Below, piece after piece: positions 1 through 13,577 of a DNA stretch of 64,000 nt; positions within the stretch are counted from its first letter, which is position 1; every line of letters begins with the position of its first letter. This stretch comes from Callorhinchus milii (lineage: Eukaryota), in contig NW_024704742.1 in assembly GCF_018977255.1 (NCBI RefSeq), positions 40,302,001 through 40,366,000 on the forward strand. Direction: 5' to 3'. The notes beneath the pieces were generated by a model that saw nothing but the letters and a program-made list of their open reading frames with translations, was not told where the DNA came from and searched no databases. A program made the position numbers and the translations under genes.

Positions 1-711
1 GATCTCTACATTTGAAAGGCAATATATAAATGCAAGCTGTTATTAGTGAAGAATATGTACTCAACAGGACAAAACAGTACAGTGCCGTTAAATCAAATGT
101 CAATTTGAAGGCAGTGGTATATAAAATGAACACCATGTGAATGCTGACGTACTAATAAAGCATGAAATACTATACTTAAATTAAGTGGCAAAGGAAGCTG
201 CATCTCCATACTATTTTTTTTTATCTGGATTGACTGGAGAACCAATCACATAAGTGGACATCATTAAAAAAGGGACTAACAGGCATGCTTTGAATATAAC
301 TTGCTAGATTGAACGCACAGGCTTTTGATATGCATGGTTTTGCTGTAAATTACATTTAAACCAGCATGAAAATTTTGCTTCCAAAAGATTACCTTTACGT
401 GCTTAAGCTGCGGTTCCAATTTATTTTTTTCAAGAAGGTGTTTCGATTTTATCCAGATTAACTTGTGATACTCTGAGATGTGAATAAAACAAAGTGTTTT
501 TTCATCTCGGAAAAGTGATAGGTTTTCCCTCGGTTGGAAACATTAAACTCAACACAAAGCAGTGTACAGTTTGAGCATGACTTCACCTTATAACATGGTG
601 AAAGTATCAAAATAATAGTCCTGGTTTACCTTACACTCTGCTCTCAACTTCAGAAGCTCTGCCGTCTGGGAAATCGTTGCCTGTGGAATGCCACAGAACA
701 TGGATGAAAAA

Positions 712-2175
712 ACAAGATTACATTTGAATAGCGCCTTTCATGTCGGAAGGACAGTGTGCAGCATTTCAGACTCGAGCTGGGGTTGGGGGGGAGAAGGGAG
801 GGGAGGGGAAGGGCGGTGGCCGATGGCATGGTCGAAGAGGAGGGTTTTGAGGCGGCACTTGAAGGAGGCTGAGGAGGGGGCGAGGCAGAGTGATTGGGGG
901 ATGGAATTCCAGAGGTTGGGGGCAGAGTGGCTGAAGGCTCTCCCGCCAATGGTGGGGCGGGTGGGTTGGAGGACCTGGAGCAGGCCGGAGCCGGCTGAGA
1001 GGAGGGAACGGGCAGGTTGGTAGGGAGTTAGGAAGTCGCAGAGGTAGGGTGGGGCGAGGCCATGGAGGGCTTTGTACGAGAGGACCAGGATCTTGAACTG
1101 GATCCTCTGAAGGAGAGGGAGCCAATGGAGTCGGGCGAGAATGGGGGAGATGGGGTCGCGGAGTTTGGTGCGGGAGAGGACACGGGCTACAGAGTTCTGG
1201 ATTATCTGCAGCCTGTGGAGGGAGGAGTTGGGAAGGCCGACAAGAAGGGCATTTGCATAGTCGAGCCTGGAGGTGAAGGCATGAACAAGAATTTCAGTGG
1301 CCTGAGGGGTGAGGTAGTGGCGGAGTCGGGCGATGTTACGGAGGTGAGGGAAGGCAAAGTGGGTCATGGCTTGGATGTGGGGAAGAAAAGACAGTTGAGG
1401 GTCGAACAAGACACCCAGGTTCCTGACTGGCTGGTGAGTTGAAGTGTGCAATCAGGAGGGCCTCAGTCTTGTTCACATTCAACTGTAGGAAATTTGCCCT
1501 CATCCAGGACTTGATATCTGAAACGCAGTCTGTCAGGACAGCAGTGGTCCTGGAGTTGAGGGTGGAGACAGAAAGATAGAGTTGGGTGTCATCCTCATAC
1601 ATATGGAAGTTGATCCTATGTCTGCGGAAGATGTCACCAAGAGGGAGCATGTAGATATTAAAGAGGAGAGGCCCAAGGACAGAGCCCTGGGGATGCCAGA
1701 CATGACAGTGCGGGGGCTGGAGGAGAAACCGTTAGAAGCAACAAAGTGGAGATGGTGAGAGAGATAGGAATTGAACCAGGCAAGGGCAGATCCGCGAAGA
1801 TTAGGTAAAGAGGAGAGGCGGTGTATGAGGATGGAGTGTCGAAGGTATCAGAGAGGTCGAGGAGGACAAGGAGGCAGAGGGAGCCCTGATCACAGATGTT
1901 CAGAATGTCATTAGTGACTTTGACCAGGGCTGTTTCCGTGCTGTGGGCAGTGCGAAAACCGGATTGGAAGGGTTCAAAGAGGGAATGACGAGAGAGAAAG
2001 GAGCGGAGCAGGGACCCGACGACTCGTTCCAGGACCTTGGAGAGAAATGGAAGGTTAGAGATGGGGCAGTAGCTGGAGAGGAGGGATGGGTCCAGGGAAG
2101 GTTTATTCAGGATGGGGGTGATGACGGCTGTTTTTAGAGGGGTGGGAACTGAACCAATGGAAAGGGAGAGGTTGA
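712..2175 (-). mobile_element. L2-clade LINE, 5'-truncated (RT plus 3' end), frameshifted
   Basis: ORFs 1658-2242, 1336-1650 and 738-1451 give PISNLPFLSKVLE, FQSGFR..HSTETAL, FHMY(E)DDTQLY, SRLDYANALL and LHWLP. The 3' end reads aaaggcgctattcaaatgtaatcttgtt on the minus strand. Confidence 0.95.
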
Positions 2176-2189
2176 TGAAAAAAGAAAGA

Positions 2190-2495
2190 AATTGCATTTT
2201 TATAGCATCTTTTTCCTGTCTAAATCTCTTAAAGCACTTCACAGGTAATCACTCTCAAGTAATTTTGTAGACAATAAGATGCCATTGATAGCCATGAAGT
2301 GAGTGATCAATGTAACTGAAGGATTGTTGGCGAGTCCACCGGGAGAAACTCTTGAATTTCTTCCAAAGGGCAGCACCTCTGCTGTACTATACTGAAGTGT
2401 CAGCCTAAACTGTGAGCTCAAGTTCTAGTGTGGGTCTTGAACCAATAATCTTCTGATCCAGAAGTGAGAGTGGTACCGACTGAGCCAGGCTGGCC
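2190..2495 (-). mobile_element. Old tRNA-derived Deu-domain SINE (SacSINE1/AmnSINE-like)
   Basis: Minus strand reads ggctcagtcggtaccactctcacttctggatcagaagattattggttcaagacccacactagaacttgagctcacagtttaggctgacacttcagt, then an L2-type tail. Confidence 0.7.
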
Positions 2496-3674
2496 CACTA
2501 GTAGCAAATCAGATGCAATCAGTTCTGCACCATCCAGGATCAAGTGTAGATTCCATCACTCTGATCAATCACCCCACCAGTTTAAATACATGACTGCACT
2601 GTTAAAAAGTCTAATAACTAAGCAAGAGTGACAGATGAATGAAAATATAAAGAAGGCGCTAGGTATCTGGTTGGAAACATGGTCAGAAAAAATTGGGATA
2701 GGTACAGACTGAGATACTCAGATATTCCCTGGGCAGGAAGGCTTCTGTGTAGATGGTGCTGGAGAAGTGTGTTGTCTGTGGAGGATGTGGGTGGTGGTAG
2801 CTGTGTGCAGGATGACGAATGTTTTGAATTTATTGCTTTGTGTCATTGCTTCATGCAGAATATTGAAGTTTTTTTTTCCAGGAAAAAGAATGGATGAAAC
2901 AACTTCATAACAGAAAAGGCTTTATGTGATCCAGAGAAGCAATGGGTGTTTCTCATTTCATGCTTTCTTGTGTTCTTATGTATCCCTGAAAACATTTCTG
3001 ACTTGCAGGTAGGATGGAAGGGAGAGAGGGAGGAAGGAAATATTTCTTCTTCCTCAACTTTTAGGGCTTCTGAAGCTGAGAGCAAAGTGGATCAGGGCTA
3101 TTTTTGTGACCAAGTTATAGGATGAAGTCACTCTTTGATCATGTTTTTCAAATTGAAGAAAAAGAGTGAGAGCACCGCAACCCATGAGTCCTTTGGTTCT
3201 GGCAAATTATTTTATAATAATTACATTTAGATTATGACCTGCACTGTATAAACATAACAAGCTAAAGGATATTTAGGTTAGCAATTTTTTTTATCAGGAA
3301 ATACCATTTAAAATCCTGCATTTTACACACCCTTAGCAAAAACAAACACATGTTGAGCTGTATCTGAATTTAAAAAAGCTTGACTATCAAAACATACTGT
3401 AGTTAACTTTAGGCAACAGCCATGATTCAGATTCTAAAGTCAAACATTTATGTACAGCACTTCCACATCCAGAGATGATTCATCCACAGCTGATTCCCCA
3501 TGCCCTGAAGGCACAGTCACCTTGTCTCAGATAGTATGAAGCTTTTTCAAAGGCAACATTTTCATCCCATGAGAGAGAACGTTGAAGGGTAGAATTTCAG
3601 ACACGAGTTCCTGTTGCTAAATATGATGAAAATGCAAAGGCCCAACTCTGCCTCTGCAATCCAACACACACACA

Positions 3675-3930
3675 CAGCCTGGCTAAATTGACAGCACTCT
3701 CGCTTCTGAATCAGATAGTTGTGGGTTCCAACCCCAGGTTGGTATCCTCTCAACCACGATCCACCCAAAGATTGGTAACTCAATCCCAGGGTAGTGCTGC
3801 ATCCACAGTTGGTAATTGCATCATCCCAATATGTTAAACCGGGGTCCTGTCTGTTGGTTCAGGTGGATGTTAAAGATCTCTTGGCACAATTTGAAAAGGA
3901 ATTTCTCTTGGAATTCTGGCCAACAATTCC
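3675..3930 (+). mobile_element. Old Deu-domain SINE fragment
   Basis: cagcactctcgcttctgaatcagatagttgtgggttccaacccc ... ggggtcctgtctgttggttcaggtggatgttaaagatctcttggcac; same family as 2190-2495. Confidence 0.6.
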
Positions 3931-6460
3931 CAAAATAAAATTCTTCAGGATACGTTGGCTCTCAATAACTTCTCCAGGATTGCTGACCCGCAGTACAACT
4001 TAGAACCATAGAAATTTACAGCTCAGAAGACAGCCAACATGTTTGTGTTGGCATTTTAGTTGCAATCATTTTGGTTCCATTTATCTGCCCTTTCCCCATA
4101 CCTCTGTAGTTTACTCAGTTAATTTCTCCAGGACTCGCTGCCTCTGCAGGAATTAGTGCTTCTCAACAACAGCCAAAGTCAATTTCTGAAGGCATCCATC
4201 CTGTTTCAGTAACAGCTACACCTGTTATTATGCTCCCCGTTGCCCAGTTTTAGAAGTCATTATCAGATCAATGTAATGTTAGTATAGAATAAATTTGTGT
4301 CATTTTTAATATGAGCTGCCTGCATAGCAACAAATATGGGGGGAAATCTGCTGTTCCTTTGCACTTAACTGGTGGGGGATATATAAAACAGAGAATTTTC
4401 AAAGAGGATTCTTTATTTAAAGAACCTGGGTAGGATCCCTGATCAGTAGCTGTAAGTCTAAAACTATAACTCATGGGAACACCATTTCAATTGATCACAT
4501 GACTTAGGCACAGGTTAGCGAAAGCCAGGCCTTGGGGATCCCTGTGTTAGGATATTGGTGCAGTTCAATCAACTAAAGCCACATAGCTCACGAGTACTGC
4601 AACCATTTATGTTGTTTGTCCAGCTGGAACCATCTGTTTGGGATTTGGTTTGCAGTGTTAACAGAAACCGAGTGGGAAGAATCCCTGCCCCCAGTTTACC
4701 TAGATAAGTCTGGTTGGATACAAAGCTGTGAGTGGATGAAGTAAATGCTCATTCATTCAATGTACAAAAAGAAACGTTTTACCTATTTCCATGGTAGCTT
4801 TTGATTAGTAAAGTAGCCATAGTTGTGCATTGGTTTTCCACCAGTTCCAGTGAGATTTCTTTCATTACCTTCTCAATTTAAATTGAGAGTGAATGGGGAG
4901 GAATTAGATTGTTACTCATCTGGTGACACAGCAGGTTTCCAAACAAGGAAACAAAATCAATCAGCTAGTCCCCATGTACCAGCCGCTTGAATAATTCACT
5001 ATTAACCTCTAATGACCTTGTGTAACTTTTACCCTCTCCATTGAATAATACCAAAAAACATGCTTGTTTACTTACTGTGGCGAATTGCACCACTAAATTG
5101 GAAAGTCTGAATGCTTGATATTAGTTTTGGACCCATTTGCTGCTGTTTGCTGTTTAGACATCCAGGTGGCGAAGCACAAAATTTTATCCTGGCCTGTCAG
5201 AAAATATATTCATTTGATAAGGGAGTTTTAACAAACATGGAAAACAGGATGTCACAAAAGATCTTATCTGTATTCCATCAGTAACCTTGACACAAAACAA
5301 TTCCTTGTGAAACTGATGGTAGTTTTCATTAACAGAACACCATTTTTCCAAATCACTCTGCAAGGTTCCAAAGTTCATTTACGGTTAATAATTAGAGTGT
5401 TTTTTTAATTTCGCAATAGGTTTCAAAGATTTCCATCCCATCCCACCTGGCACCTCAACGTATGTTGTTTGCTTCAGTCAAGGTTGTATTTATCAATGGC
5501 GTCCAAATGAAGCAAGATTGCCTCTACCATTGACACTCTTGGAAGAGCATTGAACCTCAGAAATGATATTGTTACACCAGATTATTTCTTTCATCTATCT
5601 AGAGAGATACTTCGGAAATAAGACTATAAAGGAATATGTTAGTTAGCCTCTGGGTAAAGAAAAACTTCCTGATGCCTGTCCTGAAATTGCCAAATCTTTG
5701 TCCTGGTCATGATTCAGTAAAATGACTTAACAAGCTCCATGTTCCTATCTCCACATAGTTTATTTTTAAGTGTCATTAGGACAAGCTCTTTGATAACTTT
5801 GCAATTCATCCCTCTTTACTAAATTAAAGTCAGCTTTACGGTGGTCAATATTGTCACAACAACTAAATCCAGAAAAAAAACATTTATTTTATTAGCTCGG
5901 AAACAAACCCGTAGAGAGGTGAATTATAAGGCAAGTATCCTGTTCCTAAATGATATCCAGAGTGCTAAGATGGATGTGAGGACAACAACAACTTGCATTT
6001 ATATAGTGCCCTTCACCGGGGCAGCATGGCAGAGCGCTTAACAGAGGCAGAACCTGACGCTAAGCTGGGGGAAGGAGGAGTTGACCATAAGCACCGTAAG
6101 CTCTAAACTAACGAGACTGCAGTTTCGATTATTGTGAATGTATTTAAGTTAATGCTATATTAGCACAGATAAAAATAGCAATGCGTATCTAATCACTTTA
6201 AGAGTTAATGTACTGGCCCTGTTCTAAACTGCATATTTCAGAAGATTTTACCCCCATTGGAATCAGTAATTTACGTTTGTTTTGAAAACCTTTGGATCAC
6301 AATTCCATATGTCCCAAGCTAATCTGTTGTAAAATGAGATTTGAGGGATAATACAAGGCAAGCATTAGGTTGGACAGAAAATTATGGAATAAGAAGCAGA
6401 GTAATACATACAAGAGAACTGCCAGGATTCACAAATGGTAATGGTGAGCCATTCACACAT

Positions 6461-6835
6461 GTGGAGTCCTGTAACTCAGTGGGTAGAGCACTCGCCTTGC
6501 AAGTGAGAGACCTAGGTTTGATTCTCGACAGGGCGAAATGTTGGGCAAGTTTCCTTACTCCACACACCTCTGTTTACCTAGCAGTAAGTAGGAACCCTGT
6601 TGTTAGTCAATTGGCGGATCGCTTTTCTGGGGATAATAATCAACAACCAAAAAAAAATTATAATTTGGTCACTCAATCCACGACTGTTTGTGGACACTGC
6701 TTGTGCGCAATTGGCTGCCACGTTTCGCCCACAAATATACAGTCAATTCACTTTACAGTGTATTCTGTGAAGTGCTTTGCGATGTTTAGAAGATGTGAAA
6801 AGCGCTATATCAAATGCAAGGATTATTATTTTATT
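6461..6835 (+). mobile_element. tRNA-Ala-derived SINE, full length
   Basis: Head ggagtcctgtaactcagtgggtagagcactcgccttgcaag with A/B boxes, central gggcaagtttccttactccacac block, L2-like 3' end and (tta)n tail. At least 8 copies in the window. Confidence 0.9.
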
Positions 6836-9800
6836 TTACATCTCAAGGACTCTGGCATTATTCTGTAACGGTTCACTGATTTCAGTGAACATTTAGAATA
6901 GAGTAGATGGATGTATCTGACTCGCAATAATTCAGTTCCCAGCCCCATTTCTTCTGATCCTACTCCAAAACAGTCGGTAAAATGTTCAGCGAATGTAATA
7001 TAAGAACCACTTCAGCTTGTTGAAGGACATTTTGTACTGACCGTGGTATTTTTGTAATAACCCTTGCGTTTGATATATCACCTAATCACAATGAAATATC
7101 TCAATGTCTGTCAAAGTGTCTTCTGTAAACAATAAATATTTTTTGCATTTGATACACAGCTTTCCCTCCCATGTTGGGAGGACATCTCAAAGTGCTTCAC
7201 AGAATTTACTCTAAAGTGGAGTAACTGTGTAAGTGAATTTGGAAGCCACAGCTCTGCCTTACTGACTAATAGTTTTAGGATCCTAAACCATCCATAGCTG
7301 CAGAGAGAGCATTCCATAAGGATGCTCCCATTTTGTCTCCTGTGGGGATCAGTGAGCAATCTGCTAGAGATAACAATGGTGTTTCTGTTTCAGACTGTAG
7401 TGCAGGCATCTTCTGCTGAACATCATGCCTCATTGACCATTGGTCTCCTCCATACAACCCAGACAAACTTCTGAAATAGCTTAAATGGCAGCAAGTATCT
7501 GCTCAGCATATACCTTGTGTACTTCCAGCCTTCATTTGAAAGCAGATTGAACAAAGTTTCCATCTCCATAATTCTAAGCTGACCCCCCAGCCCTCGACCA
7601 TGACCTCAAAGTCCTGACATTGGGCTAATAGCCCATGGACTAACCTAGTTCAAACAATATAAATGTTAATTATATAATTAAGTACCAATGAACAAGATTT
7701 TAGAGTCATTTTTAATCCTTTATATTGATAATTTCATAATTACCACTTACATATATTAGCACGTGGCATGCCCAGAGCTACTTGCTTAACCCATCTGTAA
7801 ATATTAACTTTTTAGAAATTGTAGCATTTTCAAATTCTCCACCAGAATAACCCACAAAGTAACAATGAATAATAACAACGAATTACATTTGTTTAACGTC
7901 TTTCACATCGAGAGAATGTCCCAAGCAACTGGATAGTCACGGATTTGGACTCGAGCAGGGATTTGGGATCAAGAAGGGAGGAGGGAAGGGAGGGAAGGGG
8001 TAGGAGTGTGACCAAAGGTGTGATTGAAGAAGAGGGTCTTGAGAGCCAACCCACAATTCAACTGATTCTGAATAATTCGAATGAGTATTTTGTAGTTATT
8101 TAGAAACTGTGGTGTTGCGTTATGATGAATTTGCAATATGGCAGCTGTAGGAAGAGTTGTGTTATGAAACATCGGTTCTTGTTTGTTCTGGAGGCGTGAA
8201 ATTCCATCTGGTTTTAGCCTGAAGTCTTGTTATTTTGTCTTAAAATTTAAGATCTCTGAATTGTGGAAATTCCTTAGCTTCAGCGTTAATTTGGAAATTG
8301 GTTTCCTTTTAAAAACTGAGGAACACCAGCTTCCAAATTAAGTCTGAATTCAATAATTTTCCACAAATCTGTGCAATCTTCCATTTTAGGTAAGACTAGG
8401 TGAAATTTGGGGTATCTGAATTTCGCAATGCTTCACACCACTGCACATTTTCCAATAAAGAACAAGAGGATAAGTCACATCAAAAGGACATTTCTCGAAA
8501 AGAACAACCGATTTGAATAGCTACTATGTTGCATTGTACACCAGAGGCACAAACAGTGTCTTATTAATTCAAATACATTCTGACGTCAAACAGACTGTAA
8601 AGTAATTACCTGGCATGAGTCTGTAACCATATTCAAACAGCCTCGTTGTGAGACTTCTTAATCTGTGAAACCTACAACAGCCATGTTCCCAGAGATATGA
8701 AGAAGATTCCAATTCATCCCTTTCCGTCACCTCTGATGGAGCAATTGTACCCTAGTCAATCAACGACTGCCTATGTCCACAGCTGTAACACTTTTTTTTA
8801 AGGCAGGACAAGTGGTAATTTAATTGATTCTCTTCCATCTTCATTTGCAGCTTTCTCTCTGGGACTTAGTTGATGACGATGGGCTGAAATGTACTGTTTG
8901 CCTCTGTTCCTCTCTGCTTTGTGAACTGATTGTAAATTCAGAGAAATCTCCCTGCAATATTTTCTCAAGTGACTCCAAGGCCTCCCATCAGTTGCCTAGT
9001 CATTTGGCAGGGTGAGGAGAGCTAACCTAGCACTTCTACAGAAATGAAAAAAATATGGCCCCTTCAGTGCTTGAGCAGTTAAAGCTCACATTTTCATGAA
9101 AAAGGCTGTTTTGCTCTTTCAAACAATTGCAGTCACGTATTCAACAGAATTCTCATTTAACGAGAAGCGGCGTCTCTATGCGACAAGTCTTGCAAATATG
9201 TTTCTATGCAAGAGTCATTTTGCAGCTTGCAAACAGGGATAATGACTCCTGGGAATTGGAAAGCTGACTATTGTGACAAATAAAGGCCTGAGGTAATGAA
9301 TTGTCCAAGAAGTGATCCTTAAAAAACCTTTGGCAATTTGTAGACTTTAAAATAACTTTTGTCAAGATGGAATGATGTAATAGGATCATTGCCCTGCGGC
9401 GTTCTGCTCCATAAATCCACAAGCCACACTTTTGAGTAAAAATAGCATCCAGTACATAAAATACAATGTCCCACAGAGCACAGCCAGAGAGATTATCTTG
9501 AACAGAATGGAAGTCCAAGCAACTTGCACATTCTTTGGGCAAAATAAAAAAGAACAAACTTGTAATGTGATTGTTTAGGAATGGCATCAATGCCACTTCA
9601 ATATTCTTTGTTGTGACTCACTCCAGGCCTCAATATTCCCCATGTTGAAAATCTCAACAGTTGATTCACACACTTTTATTCCCAAATATTGCATCAAACT
9701 ATTTCAGTCGAATGGCTTGTGTCAGTGTGTAATTCTATGTAATTATTACCAGTAAGTCATTGGCATAGTGGGAATGATTTTCTCCATGGTTAAATTATTC

Positions 9801-9924
9801 CTGGACCATTACAATATATATTACAGCTCACAACACAAGAATAAATACCGCATGAGTGATATAAAGCCCTTCAATATAGCAAGTCAGGAGCAAACAGGAG
9901 AAAATAGAGGAGAAATAGTGTAGA

Positions 9925-10995
9925 AAGTAGTGTCAGTCTCGCCTTTGAGTCGAAAGGTTGTGGGTTCAAGCCCCACTTCAGGACTTGAACTCACATAGCA
10001 GTTAAATGACACGAAGATAACATTCCAATGCAGTCCTGGAGGTGTGTTGTATTGTCTGAGACATGGGTGGTGGGTGGCTAGGGCTGGATGGGGCTCAGCT
10101 CTCCCAAATCTATCTACAGTTCACTTCTTTAAGGGGAAATGGGATGGGCAAGTTCTGAGCCCTGAGGAGGACCACTGCCAGTCATCCAGCAGCAACCCAA
10201 CCCGTGGCACCCACGGGCCGGGCCCACTGTTGCCCCGCTCCCAACTCATCAGCGGTGCCCACCCACTTCGGGTCCATCAGGCTGTTCATCAGGCATCCTC
10301 ACATTGAATTGGCTGATGGATCTATCAGTCAAAATAATGGCTCATCAGTCATAAAGGTGACTGACCCTTTAACTGAGTTTTGCTCAGCCCCTCCCCCCTA
10401 GAATATTTTCACCCACTGCCTACAGTCGAAGGCTCTGTCCTTCAGATGAGATGGTAAACTCTTGTCTGCCTATTCAGGTCGACACTAAAGATCCCGGCAG
10501 GGCAAAACTTTGGGCAAGTTTGATTATTCCACATGCCTAATAATAATCCCTCAAAAAGAAAAAATAATTCAAAAATAATTAATAAACAATAATAATTTGG
10601 TCACTCAATCCACGACTGTTTGTGGGACACTGCTGTGCACAATTGGCTGCTGCATTTCGCCCACAAATATACAGTCATTACACTTTACAATATATTCCGT
10701 GAAGCACTTTGAGACGCCTTAAAGACATGGAAAGCACTATATCAAATGCAAGGATTATTATTGATTATTATCCCATAGCACTATTCAAATGAGAAGGGAC
10801 TTCTCCGGGGACCTGGCCAACAATCCCTCAAATAAAATTGATCATTTGTTTCAAGGCTGTTTGTGGAACATTGCTGTACGTAACTGGCTATCGTGTTCGC
10901 TAGCAAATACACAGTCACTACACTTTACAGTAAATTCTGTGAAGTGCTTTGGGATGTCCTCCTGACATGAAAGGCACAATATCAAACCAAGGATT
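9925..10995 (+). mobile_element. Deu-domain SINE split by an unknown insert (~10063-10420) and a partial tRNA-Ala SINE (~10497-10770)
   Basis: SINE head at 9925-10045, resumes at 10425-10495 (gtccttcagatgagatggtaaac...taaagatccc), and again at 10771 (tcccatagcactattc...). Confidence 0.65.
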
Positions 10996-11276
10996 TTGAA
11001 AATATTATACTGGCTCTGAACTATGAATTTACTTGGAAAATAGGGATTAATGCAATGTCCTTTCCCACAAAATCTGTATGGGAGGAAATCCTATTATTGA
11101 GACTGAATAAAAAGATCATTATTTTTAGCCATCAGCGTATATTAGATCCAATCGTGAAAAATCTTGGACTTTTCAGATGAGAAAGGAATAACCATTTAAT
11201 TGCTAAGGTTCTGACAGTTTTATTGAATTTGTTATTTTGTTTCTGTCTCTGAACCTTTTGTTGTCTGATCAGGAAC

Positions 11277-11420
11277 TAGCACAGTGGATTAACTTACTGT
11301 CCTTTCATCTCTAGGTCCTGGGTTGGAATCCAGCCCGGACTGATGGAATGAAAGTCTCCTCTGTCTGATGTCTGTAAGCGTTTCATGTGAAATGAATTGG
11401 AGCTCAACTCCTCTCCAGCA
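11277..11420 (+). mobile_element. Ancient tRNA-derived SINE fragment (AmnSINE2-like)
   Basis: cctttcatctctaggtcctgggttggaatccagcccggactgatggaatgaaagtctcctctgtctg...tgtgaaatgaattgg; family name is from recall. Confidence 0.45.
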
Positions 11421-11574
11421 AATGCTGGTTCACAGAGAAAAAACTGCCAGCTATAATTTGGAAATAATTGAGACTAAAATGCAAATCTTACTTCAGAGGA
11501 TGATTGGAATGCGAAATAGAAATGGTGCACTTGTGTTTTTGGCATAGTCTTCTAAGCTGAGGGTAATTGAGGTG

Positions 11575-11780
11575 TCAGCTTGGCTCAGTTGGTAGCACTC
11601 TTGCCTCTAATTCAGAAGGTCGTAGAACCCTCATAGTCCCACCTCAGGAATTTGAGCTCATAGTTTAGGCTGCCACTTCAACATGGGGCTGGGAAGCGCT
11701 GCATTGATGGTGCCATCCTTCGATTGAGACATTAAACATTAGATACCATGGATCACTCAAAAAGAAAAGGGAGTCCTGTC
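11575..11780 (+). mobile_element. Deu-domain SINE 5' fragment
   Basis: ggctcagttggtagcactcttgcctctaattcagaaggtcg...tttgagctcatagtttaggctgccacttca. Confidence 0.65.
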
Positions 11781-12369
11781 AATTATTTTCATTATTTTAA
11801 ATGCTTCAACCAATCGCCCCCCCCCCACCCCGTAATCTTCTTCGCTCTAAGGAATATAGCCCCATTGTACCCTGTCATCATAGTTAAGCCACTTCAACCC
11901 AAGGATTAGTCCAATGAACCGTCAGTATACACTCTCCAAGGCTAGTATCCAATCCTAGAATTGGAAAGAAAACTGTATCTTGTAATGACCTTAGTAGTCC
12001 ATCAAAAATCTGAAAGAAAGATATTTTGTTAACTATCTACTGTTGAGAAATGTGCTTCAAATGCAGTATATTAATGTTGATATTCACCTCAACATACTGT
12101 ACTAAATCAGCAGAGATTGCAAAACATGCTGATCTCTTTCCGGTAATTACCATGACATTTTAAAATATATATCCTTCATATTGAAGGATCATTTTTTCTC
12201 ACTTCATCCTCTCCCGAAGCCACTGACATGTGTATTAATACCACCCTCTGCTGCACTCTGCCTCTCATATGTCCATTATTCATAATTGCCAGTAGGCTAT
12301 TCAATGATTGAGAACATCAAGCTGAGTTTGATCTGAAGGTTAATGCAGCAACAGTTTTGCTGTACTTTG

Positions 12370-12645
12370 GATGAAATGTAAAACCAATGTCCTGTCTGCC
12401 TGTTCAAGTGAACATTAAAAATCTCATGGCACTATTTGAAAAGAGAAGGCAGTTTATTCCGGTGTCCTGGCCAATATTCCCCCAATTCAAATCAATCACT
12501 TGACTGCTGTTTGTAGGACATTGCTGTCCACAAATTGGCTTCTGTGTTTACCAACAAAATACACAGTCATACTACTTTACAGTGTATCCTGTGAATTACT
12601 TTGAGATGTCTTGTTGACATGATAAAGCACTATCAAATGTAAGAT
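12370..12645 (+). mobile_element. Deu-domain SINE 3' fragment
   Basis: cctgtctgcctgttcaagtgaacattaaaaatctcatggcactatttg...ggtgtcctggccaatattcc, followed by the L2-like tail. Confidence 0.65.
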
Positions 12646-13577
12646 GAATATAATAGCTGTGCTTTCAGTTCAATGTTTCCATATATTGGGTTTGCATGTA
12701 CGTGTAGGAAGGGAGTAGGGAGATCTGACTTTGAGTGGATAGTAGCGTACAGCATACGTGTCCAATTCATCCTGGATTAGCAGCAGGAAATGCATGCAAT
12801 CCTCATGGTGTGGTGGTAGAACAAGCAGTTGAACCACAGGGAATTCAGTACAGGATTATGTGTACAGAGTAGAGATGGCAGAGAATTCAGTTACTGATTT
12901 GGAAAACTATACTATAGGGTCAATTAAGGTACATTTAATAATAATCGTTGCATTTGATATAGCACCTTATCACGTTTTAGACTCTCAAAGTGCTTCACAG
13001 AATATATTGTAAAGTGAACTGACTGTATATTTTTGTGGGTGAAAATGTATGCATTATGTTGGCAATTCTCCTTTAAATAGCAGCAATCCCAGGGGGAAAG
13101 GCAAAGGAATGGCTTTCAAAATGTTGGTTATTGAAGTCTCTAAAGTATTTGCCATACAATGGAACAAATTTACAAACACTCAGGAACACTGAAGCCTGAA
13201 TAGCCTCGCTGTTTGTGAAGTTCTGCAAATGGTATTGAGACAATCACAGCGGTAGTGATTGACACATTTTGGCTCTTAACAAGCAAGAAACGTGGGATGT
13301 CCTACCAATGTGAAGGGCGCTATACAAGTGTAACTTGTTCTTGTTGTTGTTGAAATGAGCCTCTTGACCTGGCTTCACCAGCATAGATGTGCTTATGTGA
13401 AATTGTGTAGCCTTGGCTGGGAAATCTACCAGGAAGGCGGACTTTACCGGCATAGAAATTAATTTGATTTGGATTTATTAGATTTAGACTTAAATTAGAT
13501 CTGGCTCTGGCTCACATTTCCACCTTCTCTCAAACCCCACCACTCCACCCAACATGGCACCAGTCAGCTTAATTTTC

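Noticed and set aside
629..681. 51-nt exon ATISQTAELLKLRAECK joined to an exon at 395-588
   Set aside because: The implied intron is only about 40 nt and the downstream frames contain stops, so no valid gene model results.
10063..10420. Insert splitting a SINE, possibly a MITE
   Set aside because: Only weak inverted similarity at the ends and no TSD, so it cannot be classified.
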